From assembly GCA_029858285.1 (NCBI GenBank), contig JAOUFN010000010.1, positions 9,776-73,775 on the forward strand: a stretch of 64,000 bases of DNA. The letters are read 5' to 3'. This stretch comes from Nitrospirota bacterium. GTDB lineage: Bacteria; Nitrospirota; JACRHL01. Positions 38,966 to 48,644 of the stretch are shown piece after piece (positions within the stretch are counted from its first letter, which is position 1; every line of letters starts with the position of its first letter). Below the pieces are notes generated by a model, which did not search any database, was not told the DNA's origin, and saw only the letters and a program-made list of their open reading frames with translations. The position numbers were made by a program, and so were the translations under genes.

Positions 38966-41900
38966 ATGCTGAAAATCATCATCGACTGGTGCCTCAAAAA
39001 CCGCTTTCTGGTACTCATCGCCACTACCCTGCTGGTGGCGGCTGGCCTCCTGGCGGTGCGTTCCACGCCGCTGGACGCCATCCCCGATCTGTCGGACGTG
39101 CAGGTCATCGTCTTCACCGAATACCCCGGGCAGGGGCCGCAGGTGGTGGAGGACCAGATCACCTACCCCCTCACCACCACCCTGCTGTCGGTGCCGGGGG
39201 CGGACGTGGTGCGCGGCTACTCGTTCTTCGGCCTGAGCTTCGTGTACATCATCTTTGCCGACGGCACCGACATGTACTGGGCGCGTTCCCGGGTGCTGGA
39301 GCTGCTCAACTTCGCCCGCGGGCGGCTGCCGGCGGGCGTCAACCCCTCCCTCGGCCCGGACGCCACCGGCGTCGGCTGGATTTACGAATACGCCCTGGTG
39401 GACCGCAGCGGCGGTCACGATCTGGCCCAGTTGCGCAGCATTCAGGACTGGTTTCTGCGCTACCCCCTGCAAACCGTGCCCGGTGTGGCGGAGGTGGCCT
39501 CGGTGGGGGGCTACGTCAAGCAGTACCAGGTGGAGGTCAACCCCAACGCCCTGCTGGCCTACAACATCCCCCTGTCGCGGGTGCGGCAGGCCATCATGCA
39601 GTCCAACAACGACGTGGGCGGCGGCACCATCGAGATGGGCGAAACCGAATACATGGTGCGCGGCCTGGGCTATATCCATTCCGTGGACGACCTGAAACCG
39701 ATCCCGGTAGGGGTGGACGCACGCGGCACCCCGGTGCGTTTGCAGGATGTGGCGCAGATCAGCATCGGCCCGGAGATGCGCCGGGGCATCACCGAACTCG
39801 GCGGTAAGGGCGAAGTGGTCGGAGGCGTGGTGGTGATGCGCTACGGCGAAAACGCCCTGACCACCATCCGTCTGGTGCGGGCAAAGCTCGCCGAATTGTC
39901 GCGCAGCCTGCCGGAAGGGGTGGAGATCGTCCCCGTGTACGACCGGGGCGACCTGATCGAACGCGCCGTACACACCCTCAGCGGCAAGCTGCTGGAGGAG
40001 TTTCTGGTCATTTCCCTGGTGTGCGTGCTGTTCCTGTTCCATGCCCGCTCCGCGCTGGTGGCCATCCTCACCCTGCCGCTGGGAATGCTGGCCGCCTTTC
40101 TGGTCATGCGCGCCCAGGGCATCAACGCCAACATCATGAGTCTGGGGGGCATTGCCATTACCCTGGGGGCGATGGTGGACGGCGCCATCGTGCTGATCGA
40201 GAACGCCCACCGCCATCTGGCCGCCGCCACCGGCCCCGACGGCAGGCCAGCGGACGCCCGCACCCGCTGGGCGGCCATCACCCGCGCCAGCCACGAGGTG
40301 GGGCCGGCGCTGTTCTATTCCCTGCTCATCATCACCGTGAGTTTTTTGCCGGTGTTCACCCTGGAGGCCCAGGAGGGGCGGCTGTTCAAGCCCCTGGCGT
40401 TCACCAAAACCTACGCCATGGCGGCGGCGGCGGTGCTTTCCATCACCGTGGTGCCGCTGCTGATGGGCTTCTTCATCCGCGGCCGCATTCCGTCTGAGGG
40501 GGCCAACCCCCTCAACCGCTGGCTGCGGGCCGCGCACCGGCCCCTGCTGGGCATGGCCCTGCGCCACCGTACCGCCACACTGGTGGGGGCCGGGCTGCTG
40601 GTGGCCGCCACCGCCTGGCCGGTGCTGCACGTTGGCAGCGAGTTTATGCCGCCTCTGGACGAAGGCGACTTGCTGTACATGCCCACCACCTTCCCCGGTA
40701 TCTCCGTCACCAAGGCCAAGGAGCTGTTGCAGCAAACCGACCGGGTGATCGCCACCTTCCCCGAGGTGGACACGGTATTTGGCAAGGTGGGCCGCGCCGA
40801 GAGCGCCACCGACCCCGCCATGCTGTCGATGCTGGAGACCACCATCCGCCTCAAACCCCGTGACCAGTGGCCCGATCCGCACAAGGACACCGCCGATCTG
40901 ATCCGTGAACTGGACAGGTCGATTCGCTTCCCCGGCGTGGCCAACGCCTGGACCATGCCCATCAAGACCCGCATCGACATGCTCTCTACCGGCATCAAAA
41001 CTCCGGTGGGGGTCAAAATCAGCGGCCCCAGCCTGATCGAACTGGAGCGTCTGGCTGGAGAGGTGGAACGGGCGCTCAAAAACGTGCCGGGGACGGTTTC
41101 GGCATTTGGCGACCGCGCCGTGGGCGGCAATTTTTTCGATTTCGTGATCCGCCGCGCCGAGGCAGCCCGCTACGGCCTGACCGTGGCCGACGTGCAGGAC
41201 GTCATCAGCACCGCCGTGGGGGGCATGACCATCACTAACACGGTAGAGGGGCTGGAGCGCTACCCGGTCAACCTGCGCTATCCGCGTGACCTGCGGGACG
41301 ATCCGGAGCGGCTGGCGCGGGTGCTCATTCCCACCCCCAGCGGCGCGCAAATCCCCTTAAGTCAGGTGGCCGACGTGCGCATGGCGCGCGGACCCGCCAG
41401 CATCAAGAGCGAAGGGGCGCGTCCCAACGCCTGGGTGTATGTGGACATCGACACCTCCGATATCGGCGGCTACGTCGCCCGCGCCCGGGAGGCGGTGAAC
41501 GCCTCCGTGACCCTGCCCCCCGGCTACGCGCTGGTGTGGTCCGGGCAGTTCGAATACATGCAGCGCGCCGCCGAGCGCCTCAAACTGGTGGTGCCTTTGA
41601 CCTTGCTGCTGATCTTCCTGCTGTTGTATTTCCATTTCCGCAACCCGGTCGAGCCGCTGGTGGTGATGCTGTGCGTGCCGTTTGCAATGGTGGGGGGCAT
41701 GTGGCTGGTGTACCTGCTGGGCTACAACCTGTCGGTGGCGGTGGCGGTGGGGTTCATCGCCCTGTCCGGGGTGGCGTCGGAGATCGGCGTGCTGGTGCTC
41801 ACCTTCATCGACCACGAGGTGCAGCGCCTGCGGGAAGAGAAACGGGCAGAGGCGCGATCCGCAGGCGGCGACGAGCGGCTGTCGGCGCAACAAATCCTGG

Positions 41901-42166
41901 ACGCGGCCCACGCGGGTACCGCGCACCGCCTGCGCCCGATTGCCATGACCGCCGTGGCGGTGACCGCCGGTTTGGTGCCCATCATGTGGGGCGGCGGCAG
42001 CGGCGCCGACGTGATGCGCCGCATTGCCGCGCCGATGATCGGCGGCATGGTGACCACCACGCTGCTGTGTCTGGTGGTGCTGCCGGTGGTCTACGCCCGC
42101 GTGCTCACCTGGCGCGAGGGGCGGGGGGCCGCACCGGGGCAGGGACCCGGACAGGAGTCCGGCTAG
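38966..42166 (+). CDS. cusA: CusA/SilA-type heavy-metal RND permease
   Basis: DAIPDLSDVQVI, LGPDATGVGW, SEFMPPLDEGDLLYMPTT, DPAMLSMLET, RIAAPMIGG. Confidence 0.95.
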   Translation: MLKIIIDWCLKNRFLVLIATTLLVAAGLLAVRSTPLDAIPDLSDVQVIVFTEYPGQGPQVVEDQITYPLTTTLLSVPGADVVRGYSFFGLSFVYIIFADGTDMYWARSRVLELLNFARGRLPAGVNPSLGPDATGVGWIYEYALVDRSGGHDLAQLRSIQDWFLRYPLQTVPGVAEVASVGGYVKQYQVEVNPNALLAYNIPLSRVRQAIMQSNNDVGGGTIEMGETEYMVRGLGYIHSVDDLKPIPVGVDARGTPVRLQDVAQISIGPEMRRGITELGGKGEVVGGVVVMRYGENALTTIRLVRAKLAELSRSLPEGVEIVPVYDRGDLIERAVHTLSGKLLEEFLVISLVCVLFLFHARSALVAILTLPLGMLAAFLVMRAQGINANIMSLGGIAITLGAMVDGAIVLIENAHRHLAAATGPDGRPADARTRWAAITRASHEVGPALFYSLLIITVSFLPVFTLEAQEGRLFKPLAFTKTYAMAAAAVLSITVVPLLMGFFIRGRIPSEGANPLNRWLRAAHRPLLGMALRHRTATLVGAGLLVAATAWPVLHVGSEFMPPLDEGDLLYMPTTFPGISVTKAKELLQQTDRVIATFPEVDTVFGKVGRAESATDPAMLSMLETTIRLKPRDQWPDPHKDTADLIRELDRSIRFPGVANAWTMPIKTRIDMLSTGIKTPVGVKISGPSLIELERLAGEVERALKNVPGTVSAFGDRAVGGNFFDFVIRRAEAARYGLTVADVQDVISTAVGGMTITNTVEGLERYPVNLRYPRDLRDDPERLARVLIPTPSGAQIPLSQVADVRMARGPASIKSEGARPNAWVYVDIDTSDIGGYVARAREAVNASVTLPPGYALVWSGQFEYMQRAAERLKLVVPLTLLLIFLLLYFHFRNPVEPLVVMLCVPFAMVGGMWLVYLLGYNLSVAVAVGFIALSGVASEIGVLVLTFIDHEVQRLREEKRAEARSAGGDERLSAQQILDAAHAGTAHRLRPIAMTAVAVTAGLVPIMWGGGSGADVMRRIAAPMIGGMVTTTLLCLVVLPVVYARVLTWREGRGAAPGQGPGQESG

Positions 42167-43281
42167 GGGGGAGGAACGGCCGACAGATCCCGGTCGAGGT
42201 CGTAGGCGCGCACATGGGCCACCCATGCGTCGAGCCGGGTGCGGTAATTCTCCGGCGTCAGACGATAGCTCCCCTGGCGCACCTCGTGCAGGATACGGTG
42301 GCTCACCGCCACCGAGTAGTGGGAGGTGTCTTTGTAGTTGTCCAGGTTGTCGGCCACGCCGGCAAAATCGCCAAAGAAGTGCAAGGTGACGTTGGGTTCC
42401 CGGAGCAGCTTTGTAACCAGGCTCTCCAGGATCGCCACAGATGTGGAAAATGTCCCCGGCGAGAGTCTTGCCATCAGCGCGTGGTGCAGGGTGGAAAATG
42501 GTGGCACGAAGATGTCGAAGCGCACCTCCGGATGGGCGCGTATCACCAGCAGCACATTGCGGTCAATATTGTCCGCCGCCGTCACCAGCAACCTGGGGTC
42601 CGTACCTGCATCGGGTGCGGTTGCGCCGGGGATGGCAGCGAGCGCGGTGTCCCCGGCAATTTCCCGCAGCACCTTTGCCCTTCCCGGCCGGTACCTGGGA
42701 TTGCGGTACCAGGCCATCATGTTTTCCAGATTGAGGCGGCTGTGTCCCGGCGACAGCAGCTTGGCCACCGCCGTCTGCACCACGCTGAGGTTGTAGACGT
42801 ACTGCACGTCGTTGAACGGGTTGTCGTCGTAGAAGAAATACGGATAACCGGCGGCGCGGGTCTCCACCGACATCATCGTTTCCCGGTCGTCGATGCCCCA
42901 CAGCACCCGCTGCACCTGGCCGGTACGCAAGGCCACATCCAGCACCTGGCGGACTTCAAACAGGGTGCCACCGCTGATGGACAGGTTGATGACCTTTCCG
43001 CCCAGCACGCTGGCGGTGGGGGAACGGGTGAAATTTTGTGCCAGCGAGGTGCCCACCGCCACCGTGTCGTAGTCCTGATGGCGCGCCAGCCCCGGCATGA
43101 TGTAGCGCTCGTCTCCCATAATCCACTCCGAGGCCCGCCAGTTCTGCAGCGGGTCGGTCCACAGGACCAGTGCGGCAACGGCCACAGGAAGAACCCCCAG
43201 CGCGGCGCACAGGAACCACAGGACAAAGCGACGCGGGCGGATGGGGGCGGGATGGAAGAAGTGCGACACGTCAGAAACCAA
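42163..43281 (-). CDS. Membrane-anchored SGNH-like protein (MBOAT partner, DltD/AlgJ-like)
   Basis: N-terminal TM followed by DP, VGTS motif, late D..H (KDTSHY); overlaps the MBOAT stop. Confidence 0.65.
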   Translation of the reverse strand: MVSDVSHFFHPAPIRPRRFVLWFLCAALGVLPVAVAALVLWTDPLQNWRASEWIMGDERYIMPGLARHQDYDTVAVGTSLAQNFTRSPTASVLGGKVINLSISGGTLFEVRQVLDVALRTGQVQRVLWGIDDRETMMSVETRAAGYPYFFYDDNPFNDVQYVYNLSVVQTAVAKLLSPGHSRLNLENMMAWYRNPRYRPGRAKVLREIAGDTALAAIPGATAPDAGTDPRLLVTAADNIDRNVLLVIRAHPEVRFDIFVPPFSTLHHALMARLSPGTFSTSVAILESLVTKLLREPNVTLHFFGDFAGVADNLDNYKDTSHYSVAVSHRILHEVRQGSYRLTPENYRTRLDAWVAHVRAYDLDRDLSAVPPP

Positions 43282-44788
43282 AATAGATGAACTCGGTAAC
43301 GCGGTTGCGGTCCATTACCACATAGAGGGCAATGGCCCCCAGCGCCAGTCCCCAGCCCCAGGCCCCGCGCAGGGTGGGGCGGAAGCGGGCTGCGATGGCG
43401 TGGGAGTTGGGCGCCACGGCACAGGCAAGGGTGGATGCCAGCAGCAGGACCAGCATGACGTAGGGGGCCGCCGCCACTCCCAAATCGGTCAAGGTGGTTC
43501 CGGGCCGGTGCATCAACAACCCGACCAGCTTGCCCAGGTTCTGCATCACCTCCGGGGTCGGCCCCAGGTGCGCGAGAGCGCCGGACGGGTATAAGCCGCC
43601 CAGTGGCGCGCCCATGCCGAACATGGCCTTGATCACCCGAGTGGCGTCGGCCCACTCTTTGGCGCGAAAGAACACCCAGGCAAAGTTCACGAACAGGAAC
43701 GTCACCAGCCACGCCGCCACCACCGGCAACCGACCGCCCAGCCGCGTCCACACCCGATGTACGGTGGACGCCAGCCCGTGCAGGAATCCCCAGAACACGA
43801 AAGTCCACCCGGCCCCATGCCACAGACCACCGAGCAGAAAAACGACCATCAGGTTGCCCAGTGCGCGGGGCTCGCCCTTGCGGTTGCCCCCCAGCGGCAC
43901 ATACAGATAATCGCGCAAAAAGCGGCTCAGGGTCATGTGCCAGCGGCGCCAGAAATCCTGGATCGACACTGCCTTGTAGGGGCTGTCGAAGTTGATCGGC
44001 AGACGGATGTTGAACAGCAGCGCCGCGCCCAGTGCCATGTCCATGTAGCCGGAAAAATCGAAATAGAGCTGCATCGAATAGCACAGGGAGGTGACCCACC
44101 CCTCGACGATGTTCAGCTCGGGGGCCTTGTCGAAACCGCTGGTGGCCCACACCGCGAGGGTATCGGCAATAATCACCTTTTTGGCCAGACCGATGGTGAA
44201 GATCACCCCGCCATGGGCAATGTTGCGCCAGTGAACGGTCATGTTCCGCAGGCGGGCGAACTGGGTCATCATCTCCGTGTGGTGCACGATGGGGCCGGAG
44301 ACGAGTTGGGGAAAAAAGGTCACGAACAGGCAGTAGTCCAGAAAATGCCGTTCCCGGGCCAGACCGCGCCGGGTGTCCACCAGATAGGCGATCTGCTGAA
44401 AGGTGAAAAAACTGATGCCCAGGGGCAGGGCCAGGTGCCACGCGGCAATGTGGGTTCCGGTGGCCAGATTGATGTTGGCGATGGCCCAGTCGGTATATTT
44501 GAACCAGGCCAGACCGGCCAGATTGCCCAGGATGCCGAAGGCCAGCAAGCGGGTGCCGTTCCCTCCGTCACCCCCGCGCTTGAGGGAGGATCCGACGGCG
44601 TAATTGAACAGGATGGAGACCAGAATGACCGGCAGGAATTCGACGCGCCCCCAACTGTAGAAAAACAGCGAGCAGAACACCAGCCAGGCCTGTGCGGCCA
44701 CGGTCAATCGCCTCCGCGCCAGCCAGAAATAGCCGACGACCGCCAACGGCAAAAAAGCGAAGATGTATTCGTAGGAAAAAAATAGCAT
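43271..44788 (-). CDS. MBOAT family O-acyltransferase (AlgI/DltB-like)
   Basis: LPLGISFFTFQ, FFPQLVSGPI, QLYFDFSGY, FWRRWHMTLS, GLWHGA. Confidence 0.94.
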   Translation of the reverse strand: MLFFSYEYIFAFLPLAVVGYFWLARRRLTVAAQAWLVFCSLFFYSWGRVEFLPVILVSILFNYAVGSSLKRGGDGGNGTRLLAFGILGNLAGLAWFKYTDWAIANINLATGTHIAAWHLALPLGISFFTFQQIAYLVDTRRGLARERHFLDYCLFVTFFPQLVSGPIVHHTEMMTQFARLRNMTVHWRNIAHGGVIFTIGLAKKVIIADTLAVWATSGFDKAPELNIVEGWVTSLCYSMQLYFDFSGYMDMALGAALLFNIRLPINFDSPYKAVSIQDFWRRWHMTLSRFLRDYLYVPLGGNRKGEPRALGNLMVVFLLGGLWHGAGWTFVFWGFLHGLASTVHRVWTRLGGRLPVVAAWLVTFLFVNFAWVFFRAKEWADATRVIKAMFGMGAPLGGLYPSGALAHLGPTPEVMQNLGKLVGLLMHRPGTTLTDLGVAAAPYVMLVLLLASTLACAVAPNSHAIAARFRPTLRGAWGWGLALGAIALYVVMDRNRVTEFIYFGF

Positions 44789-44939
44789 ACCGCCACAGCA
44801 CACACGCCGCCGGGGGGCGATTTTGGGGTCCAGCCCGGACCGTGAACCTGTCCCCGGTCAGGATATCACGGTCGGGTCGGAAATTTGACGGATGTGGTGG
44901 AGGCGACGCGGACGTGCAGCACGGGTGTGAGCCTTGCGC

Positions 44940-44968
44940 TTGAGCAGTGGCGCCGCGTGCCTTATCAT
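44940..44968 (+). promoter_or_regulatory. Possible promoter for fur (very short leader)
   Basis: TTGAGC-17 nt-TATCAT, 7 nt before ATG 44976. Confidence 0.4.
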
Positions 44969-44975
44969 CGCGCCC

Positions 44976-45515
44976 ATGGCTTCATCCATGGTGTCCCCCA
45001 AGGCAAAGGCGGTGTTTGCGCGCTACCTGCAGGCGAATCGTCTGCGCGGCTCGCAGCAGCGCGACCTGATCCTCGACGCGTTTCTGTCCATGCCGCCCCA
45101 CCTCACCGCCGAGGAGTTGCATCGCAAGGTGGCGCATCAGGACGGCGGCATCGGCCTGTCCACGGTGTACCGCACCCTCAGGCTGTTCTGCGACGCGGGG
45201 CTGGCCAAGCAGCGCCATTTTCAGGAGGGGAAAAGCTGTTTTGAACAGGCCGTGGGTGCCCACCACCACGATCATTTGATCTGCGACACCTGCGGCGCCA
45301 TCGTCGAGTTTGAATGTCAGGAAATTGAGGACCTGCAAGAGCAGATCGCCCGGCGCCACGGCTATCGGCTCACCCACCACCGGCTGGAACTGTTTGGCCG
45401 CTGCGCCGGTTGCGGCGACGGCGCGGACGGGGCGGGCAGGGGAGGCAGACGTCCCGTTGCCGCCAGGGCTTCCGGTAAACCTTCCACCAGACTTTCCGGA
45501 AAACCCGCCAAATAA
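44976..45515 (+). CDS. fur: Fur family transcriptional regulator
   Basis: H.TAEEL, IGLSTVYRTL, HHHDHLICDTCG..VEF, CAGC. Confidence 0.9.
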   Translation: MASSMVSPKAKAVFARYLQANRLRGSQQRDLILDAFLSMPPHLTAEELHRKVAHQDGGIGLSTVYRTLRLFCDAGLAKQRHFQEGKSCFEQAVGAHHHDHLICDTCGAIVEFECQEIEDLQEQIARRHGYRLTHHRLELFGRCAGCGDGADGAGRGGRRPVAARASGKPSTRLSGKPAK

Positions 45516-45563
45516 TTCCGTCCGCAGGCCTGCCGCCAGGGGGGTATCCCAAAAACCGCCCGG

Positions 45564-45878
45564 TCAACCCAATGCGGAAAGGGCCTCTTGCAACTCCGCT
45601 CCGGCATGGCTGTTGCCGGTGCGGGCGGCGGCTTCCAGGCCGGTCCGGTACAGTTGCCGCGCCTCGTCCATCCGCCCCGCCTTCTCCAGGGTCTTGCCGC
45701 CGTGGTAATAGGCGGACACGTAATCGGGGTCGCGCCGCACCACCTCGGTGAATTCGGCAATGGCGTTGTCCAGCGCGCCCAGCTTCAGGTGCTCCTGGGC
45801 GATTACATAGCGGGCAAAGCTGTTGTTGGGGTCCTTGTCCAGAAAAACCTGGTACTGGGCGATGCGGCTGGCGGTCAT
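45564..45878 (-). CDS. Small tetratricopeptide repeat protein
   Basis: [26 protein letters not shown] pattern; AAGGAAG RBS. Confidence 0.85.
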   Translation of the reverse strand: MTASRIAQYQVFLDKDPNNSFARYVIAQEHLKLGALDNAIAEFTEVVRRDPDYVSAYYHGGKTLEKAGRMDEARQLYRTGLEAAARTGNSHAGAELQEALSALG

Positions 45879-45975
45879 GGGCTTCCTTCAATGTCGGTGC
45901 TGCCGGGCGCGGAAGGCGCCTTCCTGTCCGCCATTCTCGCCCGCTTCCCGGCGCTGCACAACCCCTGCGGAGCGT

Positions 45976-46004
45976 TTGACGGAACCCGGTCCGCCCCCTA
46001 TCAT
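45976..46004 (+). promoter_or_regulatory. Putative sigma70 promoter for purMN
   Basis: TTGACG-17 nt-TATCAT. Confidence 0.6.
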
Positions 46005-46031
46005 TACTCTCCTTTCACAAGCGGAGCGCGC

Positions 46032-47063
46032 ATGAGCGAACTGAGTTACAGGGATGCGGGGGTGGACATCGATGCGGGCAACCGGCTGGTGGAACGCATC
46101 AAGCCCATGGCCCGCTCCACCGCCATCCCCGGCGTGTTGGGGGGGCTGGGCGGTTTTGGCGGCCTGTTTGCCCCCGACCTGGGCGGCATGACCGAGCCGG
46201 TGCTGGTCTCCGGCACCGATGGCGTTGGCACCAAGCTCAAAATTGCCTTTGGTCTGAACCGCCACGACACCGTGGGCATCGACCTGGTGGCCATGTCGGT
46301 GAACGACATCGTGGTCACCGGCGCGCGCCCGCTGTTCTTCCTCGATTACTTCGCCACCGGCCGCCTGAGCGTGGACGACGCCGCCCAGGTGGTGTCGGGC
46401 ATCGCCGAGGGGTGCCGTCAGGCGGGGTGCGCCCTGCTGGGGGGCGAGACCGCCGAGATGCCCGGTTTTTACGCCGACGGCGAATACGATCTGGCCGGTT
46501 TTGCGGTGGGCATCGTGGATCGCCCCCGCATCATTGACGGCAGCCGCGTGGCGGCGGGGGACGCCGTGATCGGCATGGCCTCCTCCGGCCTGCACAGCAA
46601 CGGCTTTTCCCTGGCCCGAAAGGTATTTTTCGAGCGTGGCGGCTTGACGCTCGCCGACCCCTTGAAGGAGTGCGGCAAGAGTGTGGGCGAGGCGTTGCTC
46701 ACGCCGACCCGCATTTATGTGCGCCAGGTGCTGGACCTGATCGCCCGCTTCGACGTGCGTGCCCTGGCCCACATCACCGGCGGCGGGTTGACCGAAAACC
46801 TGCCCCGGGTGTTCCCCAAGGGGTGCGGTGCGCGGCTGAACGCGGCCAGTTGGGAAATTCCCCCGGTGTTCACCGCCCTGGAGCGGCTGGGCAACGTGGC
46901 CCGTCCGGAAATGCTGCGTACCTTCAATATGGGCATCGGCATGTGCGTGGTGGTGCCCGCCGGGCAGGCGGCAGACGTGGTCACCGCCTTGGGCGCGGCC
47001 GGAGAGCGCGCCTGGGTGATTGGAGAAATTGTCGCCGGAGACGGCGTGGTGACCTATGCCTGA
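46032..47063 (+). CDS. purM: Phosphoribosylformylglycinamidine cyclo-ligase
   Basis: [39 protein letters not shown]. Confidence 0.98.
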   Translation: MSELSYRDAGVDIDAGNRLVERIKPMARSTAIPGVLGGLGGFGGLFAPDLGGMTEPVLVSGTDGVGTKLKIAFGLNRHDTVGIDLVAMSVNDIVVTGARPLFFLDYFATGRLSVDDAAQVVSGIAEGCRQAGCALLGGETAEMPGFYADGEYDLAGFAVGIVDRPRIIDGSRVAAGDAVIGMASSGLHSNGFSLARKVFFERGGLTLADPLKECGKSVGEALLTPTRIYVRQVLDLIARFDVRALAHITGGGLTENLPRVFPKGCGARLNAASWEIPPVFTALERLGNVARPEMLRTFNMGIGMCVVVPAGQAADVVTALGAAGERAWVIGEIVAGDGVVTYA

Positions 47064-47685
47064 GCAGGACGGTTGCGTGATCGGCATCCTGGCCAGTGGC
47101 CGGGGTTCCAACATGGCTGCGCTGCTGGAGGCCTGCGCCAGCGGCGAGATTCCGGCGCGGGTGGCGGTGGTACTGTCGGACCGGGAGCAGGCGGGGGCGC
47201 TGGAGACCGCCCGCCGTATGGGGGTGGATGCCGTTCACCTGAATCCGCGCCAGCACGGCAGCCGCGAGGGGTACGACCGGGCGCTGGTGGCCGAATTGCG
47301 GCAACGCGGGGTGAATCTGGTGTGTCTGGCGGGCTACATGAAGCTGGTCACCCGTGAATTTCTGGCCCCTTACGCGGGTCGCGTGCTCAATATCCACCCT
47401 TCGCTGCTGCCGTCGTTCCCGGGTCTGGACGCCCAACAGCAGGCCTTCGACTATGGGGTGAAGGTGGCGGGCTGCACGGTGCACCTGGTGGAACTGGCCA
47501 TGGATTCCGGCCCTGTGGTGATGCAGGCGGCGGTGCCGGTGATGGACGACGACACGGCGCAATCACTTTCGGCGCGCATCCTGGAGCAGGAGCACCGTAT
47601 CTATGTGGAGGCGGTGTGCGCCTTCGCCGAGGAGCGGGTGCGGGTGGAAGGGCGGCGGATTTTCATCCGCGCGCCCAGGAAATAA
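47056..47685 (+). CDS. purN: Phosphoribosylglycinamide formyltransferase
   Basis: [29 protein letters not shown]. Confidence 0.97.
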   Translation: MPEQDGCVIGILASGRGSNMAALLEACASGEIPARVAVVLSDREQAGALETARRMGVDAVHLNPRQHGSREGYDRALVAELRQRGVNLVCLAGYMKLVTREFLAPYAGRVLNIHPSLLPSFPGLDAQQQAFDYGVKVAGCTVHLVELAMDSGPVVMQAAVPVMDDDTAQSLSARILEQEHRIYVEAVCAFAEERVRVEGRRIFIRAPRK

Positions 47686-47809
47686 CCGACCGGCGGATGT
47701 TCCTCCGCCGTCTCCAGACAGCCGACCGGTCGCCCGCCGCCACGGGCCATCCGTTCCGAGATATATCCAGACGTTAAGGTCGAGTGCAGTTCCGCCGAAA
47801 AGGGAAACT

Positions 47810-48601
47810 GTGAAGTGCCCGAACTGCAATATGTCCCAACCGGACGGCCCCGCCTGCGTACGCTGCCAGGCCCCCATGGGCCGCCTGGCGGAGGAAGTGC
47901 GGCGCGCCTCCGGAGAACAGTCGCCTTCGGAACATCGGAGCCGGGGGCTGGCATCCTCCTCGCATCTTGCCGACGTGAGTACTCCACCGGCTGCGCCCGC
48001 CGCCCTGGAACTGGAGCCCACTCCGGAGCCACCGGCACCCGCCGAGGCTGCGCCGGTGGCCGAAACACCGCCCCCCGCGCCTGCGGCTCCAGCCCCGACG
48101 GAACCTGTGCACGCAGAGTCAGAAGAGTTCAAGGGAGAATTATTCAGCCGCAAGGCCGCTCTCCAGGCGGAAGAGAAAACTCCGGCCACCCCGCCGGTGG
48201 CGGAAAAGAGCCCCCCGCCCGCGACCGCCCCCGTGCGTTCCACCGCGACCCCCAAACCAGCCGCCCCGGCGGTGCACAAAAAAATTTCCCCGGAGGGGGT
48301 GGTGATCACCATGGCCCCCGGCATTCCGGGCCGCCACGGTCACGAGGTTCTGGGGGTGGTGTCGGCCCAGTCGCTGGTCTACCTGTCGCCGGAAACCCTG
48401 CCCCGGGCCAGTGGCCCCATGGCCGGTAGCGGCGCGGGCGACGCCATCGATAACGCCTTCAATGCCGCCCTCGGCGAACTGCGCAAGCGCGCCACAGCGC
48501 TCGGCGCCGATGCGGTGATCTCGGTCAGTGTCGCCTATTGTCCGGGGGTGGGCGGGGGACTGCTGGTGGCGGTCACCGGCACCGCCGTACACCTGACCTG
48601 A
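47810..48601 (+). CDS. Zinc ribbon + Pro/Ala linker + YbjQ/UPF0145-like domain protein
   Basis: GTG start; CPNC..CVRC; C-terminal LGVVSA...AL.ELR.RA.ALGADAVI...TGTAV. Confidence 0.75.
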   Translation: MKCPNCNMSQPDGPACVRCQAPMGRLAEEVRRASGEQSPSEHRSRGLASSSHLADVSTPPAAPAALELEPTPEPPAPAEAAPVAETPPPAPAAPAPTEPVHAESEEFKGELFSRKAALQAEEKTPATPPVAEKSPPPATAPVRSTATPKPAAPAVHKKISPEGVVITMAPGIPGRHGHEVLGVVSAQSLVYLSPETLPRASGPMAGSGAGDAIDNAFNAALGELRKRATALGADAVISVSVAYCPGVGGGLLVAVTGTAVHLT

Positions 48602-48644
48602 TCTGCTCCAGCCCGGTCCCTCCCGCCCGATCAACCTGTCCGGC

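Noticed and set aside
38048-41350. 1100-aa antisense ORF and many other long overlapping ORFs (e.g. 58971-61685, 49513-51885, 18638-20812, 31004-33067)
   Set aside because: Shadow frames opposite well-supported genes, expected at high GC3; no recognisable motifs.
45588-46031. Long N-terminal extensions in the ORF track (PurM; also AnmK, RsmD, MsrA/B, CusB, flavoprotein) suggesting fusions
   Set aside because: They overlap other genes or promoters; internal starts with RBS and family-typical N-termini fit better.
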